64,000 nucleotides of DNA from the NCBI RefSeq assembly GCF_006345805.1, contig NC_042997.1:175212001-175276000 (forward strand), in the 5' to 3' direction. The notes below the pieces were generated by a model. The model was not told where the DNA came from. It did not search any database and saw nothing but the letters and a program-made list of their open reading frames with translations. The position numbers were made by a program, and so were the translations under genes. This DNA is from Octopus sinensis. Lineage: Eukaryota. Below, in pieces: positions 1 to 10,690 of this stretch. The stretch's first letter is position 1. Every line of letters begins with the position of its first letter.

Positions 1-413
1 TCTCAGGTCGGTGAGGGCACAACCCCGAACAATGGCTGACCATCTAACTTAAACAAGGCTGTTAATGTCAAATTCAGCGAATCTGACATTAAAGGGACTG
101 TTCTCCTCCTCTCATCTCTGTCCTCTCTCTCCCAGCGTACCACAGACTGCTCAAAATGGGGAGTAGATAGACAGCCGACAACTGATGAAGGGTCCTTCGT
201 ATTACTTGTCGTTTTTTTCTCTCGTTATTCGTGTATTTAACTCATTTGTTTTCGTATTTCATGTTTACTGTTGGTGACGTCCTGTACCCATATATGTATG
301 TATAAATATATATATATATATATATAACATTCCTTTCTTAGTGGTAAGACCATAAGGGGTCGACTTCTAGCATAATGGATGTCCACTAAGTGGTCATCCC
401 TCTTATATGTATG

Positions 414-444
<31 letters not shown>

Positions 445-451
445 TATATAT

Positions 452-646
452 AGTTAATCCAAACATGAAAACACAAAGAGAAAACACATCAACGTGAGGA
501 CGTGGAACAAGTATAATGTCATTGGACGCTCAGGAAAGAAGGAGGGTTTAACGTTTCGAGCGGAGCTTTTCGTCAGAAACATAGGAAAAGGAAAGATCCA
601 AAGAAGGGAAGACGGAGGGAAAAAATCGCCAATGGTACACACGCGG

Positions 647-650
<4 letters not shown>
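452..650 (-). mobile_element. Penelope-like terminal-repeat fragment (hammerhead-bearing repeat), copy 1
   Basis: About 200-bp repeat shared with 8921-9100 and 63874-64000, each abutting a (TA)n-type tract at AGTTAATCCAAA; contains a minimal hammerhead motif on the minus strand. Confidence 0.65.
546..580 (-). ncRNA. Minimal type I hammerhead ribozyme motif
   Basis: Minus strand reads GUUU-CUGACGA-A-AAGC-UCC-GCUC-GAAA-CG-UU-AAAC: intact CUGANGA and GAAA core, 4-bp stem I (GUUU/AAAC), stem II with one mismatch, palindromic AACGUU in place of stem III, predicted GUU cleavage triplet. Confidence 0.7.
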
Positions 651-684
<34 letters not shown>

Positions 685-959
685 TATATATATAGTCAAA
701 TCGAAAAGTCGAACATTAACAATAACCAACAAGAGGATGTGCACATGGAATGTATTAGTTTGATGCTCGATAAAAAGAGAGAGCTTTTAACGTTTCGATT
801 TGATTTATCTCATGCTCACATGGACCTTCTACGTCCTTTCCGGCTGATTTGAAGTACTTGATTCATGGATTTTCTTACTCTACCCTTGGATTACGTTACC
901 TTTAAATTTCTACGGATTAAGTTTCTGCGCGCACGCACGCACACACACACACATATGTA

Positions 960-1828
960 CAGAGTGCGACTGGTAATTTGCCGCCATTATATATTTTTTC
1001 ATTTCCCGCACGTGCATTGTTTTTGTTTTTTATTTTGTCGACTACACAGTGTAGTAGAGTCAGTTGGGCACCGTCTATGAGAAAAACAGTATCATGACAC
1101 AATTCACTCTGCTAGAAATTTGGAAACTACATGATGTACTGCTTGGCATCCGCGCCGGAATCTCCAATACGAGCAGATGGTGAACACACAGAACAACCGT
1201 TAGCTTACCGTATCCCCAAAACATGTACCAAGAGTGATAAAAATCAAACATCCAGTCAACATCAGGGTGTTTGGAGTGTATCACTAGTGATGGCGACGTT
1301 ATGCCTCCATTCATCTTCCCACACGGCCTCATGTGCATGTAGGAGGTAGTGCTGCCCTGGGTCAAGAGAGTGGCTGCTAGAAGCCCTTATGTCTGGCAAC
1401 AGGACTCTGCACCATGCCACACAAGCAGGAGAACTCTGTCATGATTGTCAGACAATTTCTGCGATCACATCACCCTTAACATCTAGCCACCTAACTTACC
1501 AGACTGCAATCCCCTTGATTATTATGTATGGGGTGCAGTTGAGCAAGAGACCAACAAAACCTTTTGTAACACCAAAGATGAACTGAAGGCAAGGATTATG
1601 GCAGCATTCACCAACTTAAACAAAGAGACCGTCCAGAAGAGTTATAGGAGATTCCGAAGTGGTCTGGAGGCCGTGGTTGAAGCCAGTGGCGATTTTATTG
1701 AATAAATTTACTCTTTAGTATTTCAAGATATTTTTGTGTAATTTTGGTAAATATATCTGTTAAAATGAGATGTCAGTGTTATTTTAATTTTTGCGTAATT
1801 CAGACGAGAGTTTATTCACGGCACCCTG
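960..1828 (+). mobile_element. Decayed Tc1/mariner-superfamily element, maT (DD37D) type
   Basis: TA flanks (958-959, 1829-1830), imperfect termini CAGAGTGC...GCACCCTG; about 1385-1705 translates with stops to YVWQQDSAPCHTS...PPNLPDCNPLDYYVWG...LEAVVEASGDFIE*, with 37 codons between the second and third catalytic Asp. Confidence 0.85.
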
Positions 1829-2109
1829 TATATATACCCGCACACTACCACACGCATGCACACATACATTGTTAGTGTTTTTTACCTTTATCCACATGAG
1901 TTAGGTCTTGGAGAAAATGACGATCCAGATTTTCTACGAATAATACACTACTCTCTGTGTCACTGCTTAGGTATCTGAAGCCATGGTATCATCCTCTGAA
2001 GAAAAGTACTTAATAACACTGAGGATAATTAAAGCAAAAGGGGAAAATAAAGATTTTTTTTTTCCATGAGCGATGATAAGATTGCAAATTTATTTTCGTT
2101 CATCTCATT

Positions 2110-2317
2110 TTCTCTACTATAGGCTCAAGACCAGAAATTTTGGAGGAGAGGGACAGTTGATCATATCGACTTCAACATTTGGCTGATACTTATCTTATCT
2201 ACTCTAAAAGAATGGAAAGCAAAGCCAACGGCGGTGGAATTGGAACTCGGAACATAAAACGGAAGAAATACTGCTAAGCATATTTTCCAACGCAGTAACG
2301 ATCCTAGCAGGTCGCCA
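2110..2317 (-). mobile_element. Diverged tRNA-derived SINE, family A
   Basis: Degenerate reverse-complement match to the family-A copies at 3019 and 6934-7149. Confidence 0.6.
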
Positions 2318-2399
2318 TCTTCATTTTATCAGTAGTACTGATATTTTCTTCAGCATTGTATTCAACATCTACTTCTTCCTCGTCTTAAAATAGATTAAT

Positions 2400-2880
2400 G
2401 GTTGGATTCTCCTCCATGCATGAGAAAGTACAGATGTGGTGGAGTGAGAAAGAGAGAGAGAGAGAGAGGGAGAGCAAGTCGATAGCTACAGAACTGTTCT
2501 GAGCTGGAAGAAAATTTGTTGTTTGCTACGTACACAGGAGATGGAGACTCTTTCGGTAGAAGAAGACTGAAAACGTAGAGGTGCCAAGGGATATAGTTTA
2601 CTGAGTAGAAAGGAGCTTGATGGGTGATTCGGCGTTGTTAAATCTCTAAGTCGCTAAGATGTTCGGTAAACCTATCGGCTAATCATCAAACCACTGCAAT
2701 CCGTGCAGCTGAGTCTCTAACCAATCTGGTGTAAAACCTGCATACTGCATAGTCGGAATTTGAGGCAATAAATAAGGTTTCTGGATTGCAGGTGAAATAA
2801 TCTTGGATATAGAGAGAGTAATTATAGGGCTCTTCTAATGCTTGTGATACTGAGGAATAAGCAGGTGTGAAAACTGGCCA
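2400..2880 (-). mobile_element. Highly decayed LINE (CR1/Jockey-like) RT 3' fragment
   Basis: Weak minus-strand resemblance near 2740-2810 to the YFTP..LL.LYKAQIRP.MEYC motif; similar to 21630-21810. Confidence 0.3.
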
Positions 2881-3018
2881 AGAACAGGTGAAGACACGGG
2901 TTGCATGCGTAAAGAGGAGCAGTAAAAAACGCAGGTTACGGACACTCTTAACAGTTAGTGTTCAGATAACTCTGTCAAATGTAATGCTTATTTATTCACA
3001 TTGTTTTGAATTAATCTT

Positions 3019-3248
3019 GCGGTGAGCCGGCAGAAACGTTAGCACTCCGGGCGAAATGCTTAGCGGTATTTCGTCTGCATTACGTTGTGAGTTCAAATTC
3101 CGCCGAGGTCGACTTTGCCTTTCATCCTTTCGGGGTCGATAAATCAAGTACCAGTTACGCACTGGGGTCGATGTAATCGACTTAATACCTATGTCTGTCC
3201 TTGTTTGTCCCCTCTGTGTTTACCCCCTTGTGGGTAGTAAAGAAATAA
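3019..3248 (+). mobile_element. tRNA-derived SINE, family A
   Basis: Head with B-box-like GAGTTCAAATTCC, central GCCTTTCATCCTTTCGGGGTCGAT block; many copies in the window. Confidence 0.85.
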
Positions 3249-3279
3249 CTATTCCGCTTGTGCTTACATTTTTCATATA

Positions 3280-3658
3280 GGCGTAGGAGTGGCTGTGTGG
3301 TAAGTAGCTTGCTTACCAACCACATGGTTCCGGGTTCAGCCCCTCTGCGTGGCACCTTGGGCAAGTGTCTTCTACTATAGCCTCGGGCCGACCAAAGCCT
3401 TGTGAGTGGATTTGGTAGACGGAAACTGAAAGAAGCCTGTCGTATATATGTGTGTTTGTGTGTCTATGTTTGTCCCCCCAGCATCGCTTGACAACCGATA
3501 TTGGTGTGTTTACGTCCACGTAACTCAGCGGTTCGGCAAAAGAGACCCGATAGAATAAGTACTAGGCTTACAAAGAGTAAATCCTGGGGTTGATTGGCTC
3601 GACTAAAGGCGGTGCTCCAGCATGGCCACAGTCAAATGAGTGAAACAAGTAAAAAAGT
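3280..3658 (+). mobile_element. tRNA-derived SINE, family B
   Basis: A-box-like TGGCTGTGTGG, B-box-like GGTTCAG, CORE-like ACCTTGGGCAAGTG, tail GAAACAAGTAAAA; matches 5535-5977 and 12812-13192. Confidence 0.85.
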
Positions 3659-3892
3659 ACCTTGTAGCTTCAATATTTCGATTATGTGATTTGTTTATTG
3701 TTAGAATGAAATTGTAGAGTAGGTGTGAAAGGCCTGAGCTGGCCAGGTTGGACATACAGATAGAATATTTTAGGCCAGATATGGCCGCTTTAAATGCTAA
3801 AGTGTTAAAAGAAGGGTTGGAAAGTGACGGGATCAGATTGGTTGAGCCAGAAGTGCCCTAGGATAATGTACTGGAGAGGTATGGTTAGGAAA

Positions 3893-4158
3893 GGTGCGTG
3901 GCTTAGTGGTTAGGGCATTCGGCTCACGATTGTAAGGTCAATTGTGAGTTCAATTCCCGGCAACGCGTTGTGGCCTTGAGCAAGACATTTTATTTCATGT
4001 TGCTCCAGTCCTGTGTCACGCTGACTCTCCCTGAGAACTACGTTAGGGGTATACGTGTCTGTGGATTGCTCAGTCACTTGCACATTAATTTCACGAGCAA
4101 GCTGTTCTGTTGATCGTATCAGCTGGGACCCTCGTCGTCGCAACCGACGGAGTGCTCC
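3893..4158 (+). mobile_element. tRNA-derived SINE, family C
   Basis: Head GGTGCGTGGCTTAGTGGTTAG...GAGTTCAATTCC then CCTTGAGCAAGACA; matches 10691 and 39675. Confidence 0.8.
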
Positions 4159-4306
4159 TAGGTAAGGAGAATAGAAGGTGATTGGTAGTGGGGTGGACGC
4201 ATTAGATATCAATTATGTGGATTGCTTTATAAATCCGCAAATATGCAGGTTAATATATGTAGCTTCAGTTAATGATAGAGGAATAACTAATATGTTATAG
4301 TCGAAG

Positions 4307-4496
4307 CAGTGACGTAGCAATAGAATGTGCCGCCCGGGGGAGCCATTGAGTTTGCAGTCTTTCTCACCACCCACACTCCCCCGGGGGGTTCCAAGCCTAT
4401 ACACGCTTAATCAGCAAACTCAAAAACACCGTCCCCACAAAGCGTCACCCGGGCCGCTGCCTCAACCTGCCCCACCCCGGCATAACTACGCTACTG
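4307..4496. mobile_element. hAT-type MITE
   Basis: Termini CAGTGACGTAG / CTACGCTACTG; flanking 8-mers AGTCGAAG and AATTGAAG (6/8 match). Confidence 0.65.
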
Positions 4497-5159
4497 AATT
4501 GAAGCTGCCCACACACACGCCTATGATGTCGACCACTCCTCCAACCCCTTTCCCTGCATCTGTCCCCCATCCCCTACCAAAAAAATCACTTCGCTTTTCC
4601 CCTCACTACCATTCTTCCACATGATGTTGCTTGCAGTGTCTACCACACACACACACACGTACATGCACACAAAAGGTACATTCCAAACTTTTTTCAGGAG
4701 AGACATTTATTAATATCACTTCCAGCCATTTCGTGAAAGCCCCGTGGAATTCTTCCAAACTGAAGATATTCAGAACCCTTGTCACAGCTTCCTTCATCTT
4801 CAAAACGACTGCCCCTGAGGTCCTTCTTCAGCTTGAGGAACAACTAAAAGTCACAGGGAGCAAGGTCTGTACTGTAGGGTGGGGGGAGTGAGGGACAGTT
4901 TTGATGACATGTAGTTTGTTACCAGGGTGATCATTGCTGAGAACCCTGGAAACAGACTTCGTACAAATGTTGTGCATAGAGGAGCTTGCTTTCATAATCG
5001 GTATAAGTGCATATTTGATCGATTTCATGATAACCATTAAAACACAATCTGCTGGCCTCACGCACATGGAATTTTCTTAAGCCAAACTGGGATAGATGCC
5101 ATATAGACAGAGGGCAAATCTTAGTCTTCCAATCAAAATCAGTTATATTCAAGCTGTTG

Positions 5160-5310
5160 TTAGCGGTTCGGCAAAAGAGACCGATAGAATAAGTACTAGG
5201 CTTCCAAAGAATAAGTCCTGGGGTCGATTTGCTCGACTAAAGGCGGTGCTCCAGGACGGCCGCAGTCAAATGACTGAAACAAGTAAAAGAGTAAAAGAGA
5301 GAGTAGAGTA
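5160..5310 (+). mobile_element. SINE family B, 3' part
   Basis: Near-identical to 3525-3658, with (GTAAAAGA)n tail. Confidence 0.8.
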
Positions 5311-5534
5311 ATTATTTGGGAGTCATTCCGATGCATATATTTGGTTTTGAAAGTAAGCTCTTCTTTATAGACACACGATAGTCTTCATTCAGAAAATTGT
5401 GAATTTTCTCAGCCATTTTTGATGTTCTGACGTCCTCTCCCGCCAACATCTCTCATCTTCGCCCACCTCCTCTCTACCGTCATTGAACCTCTTGTGCCAG
5501 TGGAAAAGTTAATCCATGAGCAGTCTGGGACATT

Positions 5535-5752
5535 TACTCTTTTTACTTGTTTCACTCATTTGACTGAGGCCATGCTGGAGCACCGCCTTTAGTCGAGCAA
5601 ATCAACCCCAGGACTTATTCTTTGTAAGCCTAGTACTTAGTCTATCGGTCTCTTTTGACGAACCGCTAAGTTACGGGGACGTAACCACACCAGCATCGGT
5701 TGTCAAGCGATGTTGGGGGGAACAAACATAGACACACAAACATACACACACA

Positions 5753-5790
<38 letters not shown>

Positions 5791-5977
5791 TACATACATA
5801 TACATATATACATACATACATATATACGACGAGCTTCTTTCAGTTTCCGTCTACCAAATCCACTTTGGTCGGCCCGAGGCTATAGTAGAAGACACTTGCC
5901 CAAGGTGCTACGCAGTAAGACTGAACCTGGAACCATGTGGTTGGTAAGCAAGCTACTTACCACACAGCCACTCCTGC
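5535..5977 (-). mobile_element. SINE family B with internal (CA)/(TACA) microsatellite
   Basis: Reverse complement of 3280-3658. Confidence 0.85.
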
Positions 5978-6277
5978 AATAAGTTTCTGCAATATTCTTG
6001 CCCAGTTTAACATAAAACTGCATGGCATAGCGAGCTTCTAGACGTCCCGACTGCATTCTGCAAACTAGTCAGCTGTGACAAGTAGTGTTCAGTAGGATGT
6101 GTCCAAAGTGCTGTTACAGCCGTTGCCTTTAGTCTGGAACAACAGAGATTGGCAGGTTAGCCTATTAGATGTATATTAATGATATACTATACTTACAATA
6201 ATCTAGGACAGTTACAACTGCCTCTTGTAAAATGTCCGAAAACTTACGGAATGCACTTCATGCGTACAAGGGTATTC

Positions 6278-7166
6278 TCGACGCTATTAATATTGGTTTC
6301 AAATTTGGCACAAGGCCAGCAATTTTGGATGAGGGGAGAAGTCGATTACATCAACCCCAATGTTCGATTGGTATTTATTTTATCGATCTCAAAAGGATAA
6401 AGGGCAAAGTCGACCTTGGCGGATTTTGAACTCAGAACGTAAAGATGGATGAAATGCCATTAATCATTTTGCCCGGCGTGCAAGTGATTTTGCCAATTCG
6501 CTGTCTTCGACGCTATTAATATTGATTTCAAATTTTGGTACAAGCCAGCAATTCCATAGGCAAGTCAATTACATAGACCCCAGTACTCAACTGGTATTTA
6601 TTTTATCGACCCCCAAAGGATGAAAGGCAAAGTCGACGTCGGCGGAATTTGAACTCAGAACATAAAGATGGGCGGAATACCTATTTCTTTACTACCCACA
6701 AGGGGCTAAACACAGAGAGGACAAACAAGGACAGACAAACGGATTAAGTCGATTATATCGACCCCAGTGCGTAACTGGTACTTATTTAATCGACCCCGAA
6801 AGGATGAAACACAAAGTCGACATCGGCAGAATTTGAACTCAAAACGTAGTGGCAGACGAAATACTGCTAAGCATTTGGCCCGGTGTGCTAACGTTTCTGC
6901 CAGCTCGCCGTCTTTCTCGACGTTATTAATATTCTTTTCTACTCTAGGCACAAGGCCCGAAATTTTGGAGGAGTGGGACCAGTCGATTAGATTGACTCCA
7001 ATACGCAACTCGTAATTTAATTTATCGATCCCGAAAGGATGAAAGGCAAAGTCGACCTCGGCGGAATTTGAACTCAGAACGTAGCGGCAGACGAAATACC
7101 GCTAAGCATTTTGCCCGACGTGCTAACGATTCTGCCAGCTCGCCGCCTTTCGACGTTATTAATATT
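6278..7166 (-). mobile_element. Head-to-tail array of family-A SINEs separated by a repeated 17-bp target sequence
   Basis: Four SINE-A units; TCGACG(C/T)TATTAATATT occurs at 6278, 6507, 6917 and 7150. Confidence 0.85.
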
Positions 7167-7598
7167 GAAATAAGAAGTGTTGCAAGGTTAGATCAATAGA
7201 ATTGCATTACCGCTATAACTGAGTGGATGATTCAACGACATTTACGATAAAAACCACCTGCTAATTCACACACTTTGATTGTGAATTTATACCCATCAAC
7301 ATAGAAATCTCTCTGCTGAAAACCACTAACTTCAGAAAACAATCTACTACGAAAAGCAACCTCGACATTAGAATAGTAATGAACATCAGGAAGTCATGGT
7401 TATATCATGATTTCTAATCAGTGAAAAGCACGGTCAATACCCACTCTTCAATGTCTCAAAAAAAGCTACGACGCGTTAGAGATGACTGACCGCGCGAGGT
7501 TATTTATCTTTGGCACCTTTACGAAGCGAATCTTTTCTCATAGCTTAGCTATGCCGATTTGTTTGACTAAAGGCGGTGCTCCAGCATAGCCACAGTCG

Positions 7599-7794
7599 GC
7601 CCGATTTCAAAGATTAATAAAAAAAAAAGCAAGCACATGAAGATGCATGAAAAAACTTTATAATTCTATGAAGTTCATTAAAGGCCATTTTTTTTTTCTG
7701 TTTCAGGAAGTACCTACCATGGCTTGAAGTGGAGAGCATCGTTTTTTGTTATATCTTCATGTGCTTCTTTTTTATTAACCTTTGAAATCAGGGC
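7599..7794. repeat. Short fold-back element (about 50-bp imperfect inverted arms), possible MITE
   Basis: GATTTCAAAGATTAATAAAAAA...AAGCACATGAAGAT at left is mirrored by ATCTTCATGTGCTT...TTATTAACCTTTGAAATC at right. Confidence 0.55.
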
Positions 7795-7835
7795 AACCTT
7801 TCTACCGCACCCTACATACATACATACATACATAC

Positions 7836-7899
<64 letters not shown>

Positions 7900-7916
<17 letters not shown>

Positions 7917-8761
7917 TAAAAGTGAAGTTCAATCTTCCTTGTTTATTTGCAATGTTACCCAACCAAAGTGACGCATAATGGGGGAATACGATGAATTAAG
8001 TTTTCCCTGAAATGTTAATACGAACAGAATGAAACAAGTTTCGCGTAAATCGGACCAGTAGTCATTGAGATATTTGAAGTTTGGGGGCATAAATACCCAA
8101 AACTCTGCACAATAGGAAAAATGAAGAGGATGAAACTCTAATCTTTCGATTAATTACAGTGATTTGAAAACGAAAAATACGATTTGTCTTTTTTACAGTT
8201 AATGTTTCTATTTTCGTTTTTGTTAAACACAATATTTTAATCATTTAGAAATATTTTTAAGTAGATGTGATTTCAAAAATTTAAGTTGTTTGTACAGTAA
8301 GTATTTATGTTTTAGCTTTCTTTAAACAGACAATATTTTAATGTTTTTTTTAATTATTTTCAAGTGAATACTATTACAACAATTTTTAGGGGGCATATTT
8401 AAAAAATATTTTAAAGTGAAAATAACTAAAAATACGGTAAATATTTCGTAAAAGACTCGTTCGTAACCTCGGTGTGAAATAACTTTTTTTCATAGGTTGT
8501 TTCGAGTGCACGTCCTGCTACTACGTAACAGCTATTTGCGATAAAGGACCCGAAATACCTGTTACGTGGTAGCAGGGTGTGCAAGAAATAACAGCCAAAT
8601 CTTTCCTTTTCTGAGGAAAGAAGCCATTTACGCGTGATTTCGATGTCACATTCATTGAAAACATGCGAAATAACATGGAAAAGAAAAAAAGCACGAAACA
8701 TAACTCCGTTGCTGGGAAACTCGGACTTCCCCGGTAACCCAACGGGTTACGGTTAGTCTAG
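7900..8761 (+). mobile_element. Non-autonomous Helitron-like element
   Basis: Ends in hairpin GTAACCC-AAC-GGGTTAC (8734-8750) followed by CTAG|T (8758-8762); begins in TATATATATTAATAAAA. 5' boundary approximate. Confidence 0.65.
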
Positions 8762-8770
8762 TGCGTATAT

Positions 8771-8817
<47 letters not shown>

Positions 8818-8888
8818 CTGAAAGACTAAAACCGGTACTGAAATGTTTTTCATAAAATTATTTTAGCATTTTCTATCTTGACTTTTTT

Positions 8889-8920
<32 letters not shown>

Positions 8921-8925
<5 letters not shown>

Positions 8926-9100
8926 ATCCAAACAAGAAAACACAGAAAAAAAACACAGCAACGCGAAGACGTGGAACAATTAAAATATTATTTGACGCTC
9001 AGGAAAGAAGGAAAGGAGGGTTTAACGTTTCGAGCGGAGCTCTTCGTCGGAAACAAAGGAGAAGGAAAGATCCCGAGAAGGGAAGACAGAGGAAAAAAAT
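8921..9100 (-). mobile_element. Penelope-like hammerhead-bearing repeat, copy 2
   Basis: Homologous to 452-650; abuts (TA)n. Confidence 0.65.
9020..9054 (-). ncRNA. Minimal hammerhead motif with a core substitution
   Basis: GUUU-CCGACGA-A-GAGC-UCC-GCUC-GAAA-CG-UU-AAAC: perfect stem II, but CUGA changed to CCGA. Confidence 0.6.
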
Positions 9101-9649
9101 ATTTTTGCTGGTGGTGCTCAAGAGATCAAGAGAGAGAGAGAGAGAGAGAGGAGAATTTCCAATTTATCTAACTTAGCCGAAAAATAAGTTTGCACAGAAA
9201 ATTCCCCCACCCGAGGGAAGTCAAAAAGTGGAAATCACATTTCATTATTTAGGCATTACTACAATAATTGTCAATAACTTCTTATCTGTTGTTACCACTT
9301 TCCAGTAGCACGCAAACAGCATAGTTTCTTTAGGGTACATAATGTTAAGGTGAGTAATTTTTTTTTCTTAGACAATATTACTTATAGTTTTCAAACTCCA
9401 CAAACCAGAAGTACACATCCACACGGTCCCTCTCCTCCCAGCAACCCAACAGCAGTTTCCGAAATTAAGCCAGCTGTTCACATCTACATACTGTCTAAAG
9501 ACAGGTAAAATTCCATTTCTAGAAGTTTAGAACTCAAAGACACAACTGTCCCACAATAACATTGAATAAAGACAAGAGCTCTTCCATATTCTAATAGGTT
9601 GTGTAAATGCAGATTCTGTCCGTTTGGTCCTCTACATTCCTCTCTCAGC

Positions 9650-9930
9650 CGAGAGATCCTAGTCTTGCAGGCTCGTGGGTGCTGGTGTCACATAAAAGCA
9701 GCCGTGCCGATGCCTAGTAAAGGCGACAGTGTCGGTGCCACATAAAAGCGCCCGTGCCGATGTCACGTAAAAGCGCCCGTGCAGGTGCCACGTTAAAGCG
9801 CCCGTGTTGGGCATCCAGCCGTAGAAAACATACCAAAAAAGACAAATGGAGCCCGTGCAGCTCTCCGGTTGACCAGTTCCTGTCAAACCGTCCAACCCAC
9901 GCCAGCATGGAGAACGGACTTAAATGATGA
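9650..9930 (+). mobile_element. RTE-like LINE 3' UTR fragment with internal tandem units
   Basis: About five 25-nt GTGCC..GTCACGTAAAAGCGCCC units, then GGGCATCCAGCCGTAGAAA...GCATGGAGAACGGAC and a (GAT)n tail. Confidence 0.7.
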
Positions 9931-10117
9931 TGATGATGAGGAGGAGGAGGAGGATGAGGATGATGATGATGACGATGACGATGATGACGATGATGATGAC
10001 GATGACGATGAGGATGATGATGATGATGATGATGACGATGATGACGATGATGACGATGATGACGATGATGACGATGAGGATGATGACGATGAGGATGATG
10101 GCGATGATGATGATGAC

Positions 10118-10165
<48 letters not shown>
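9924..10165. repeat. Compound (GAT/GAC/GAG)n trinucleotide expansion
   Basis: About 240 bp directly continuing the RTE tail; source of the poly-D/H/S/I/M ORFs. Confidence 0.95.
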
Positions 10166-10187
10166 ACTGCAGTACACTGAAACATAC

Positions 10188-10338
10188 CGAGGCATCCATT
10201 TGCAAGAAATCTGAGGTGATTTCCAATTGCAGTACAGATGGATATTTCTCCCGGAGTATTTTCAACTTATTGACCCAGAAAATAACGTCAGCCAACTATT
10301 ACGACGCAGGGATAATAACAAAGAATAGATTTTCTTTC
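10188..10338 (-). other. Candidate internal exon of the minus-strand transcript
   Basis: Acceptor ttttcgttag|G at 10338 and donor CTCG|GTATGT at 10188, in non-repeat sequence; ATG at 10199 gives M-D-A-S before the donor. Confidence 0.3.
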
Positions 10339-10651
10339 CTAACGAAAATCAAAATCGCTTGAGATACTTTCTTCACATTCTAAAAGTGTTCTACAGTATC
10401 TCAGTAATTTCCACCATGTGATCCACCTTTCAAGTCGTATGCGACTAAAATTACACTCATGGCGAACATCTGAATGACTATCACACATTTTAGGTGTCTA
10501 TAAAACGTCTGGGTTATGGCCGTTTGACAACTGTTTCTCTACACACAGACAGATGCACACACATGCGTGTGCGTGTGTGAGTGTACGCGTGTACATACAT
10601 ACACACCACACCACACACACACACAAATATATATACATCACACATACATAC

Positions 10652-10689
<38 letters not shown>

Positions 10690-10690
10690 A

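Larger units (their letters stand above)
2948..3808. mobile_element. piggyBac-like MITE interrupted by two SINEs
   Basis: TTAA at both ends; arms 2948-3016 and 3660-3808 together match the uninterrupted copies at 29765-29988 and 40368-40564 (TTAACCCTTTAGCATT-type termini). Confidence 0.7.
4668..6262 (-). mobile_element. Decayed mariner transposon interrupted by SINEs
   Basis: Minus-strand remnants WHKRFNDGREEVGED, MHNICTKSVSRVLSNDH (WVPHEL-linker region) and MKEAVTRVLNIFSLEEFHGAFTKWLE; degenerate inverted termini. Confidence 0.7.

Noticed and set aside
170-205. CTGATGA followed by hairpin GAAGG-GT-CCTTC as a hammerhead
   Set aside because: No GAAA after stem II and no identifiable stem I/III; probably part of another repeat.
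420-452. Single AA or TT phase break near the middle of many (TA)n tracts (also about 677, 7882, 8780, 22029, 22171, 52859)
   Set aside because: More plausibly an assembly or consensus artefact of long AT tracts than biology; cannot be judged without reads.
6278-7166. CRISPR-like repeat/spacer array
   Set aside because: Eukaryotic context, no cas genes, and the 'spacers' are homologous SINE copies of 200-400 bp.
9714-10295. Long poly-His/Asp/Ser/Ile/Met ORFs
   Set aside because: All are readings of the GAT-type microsatellite derived from a retroelement tail.
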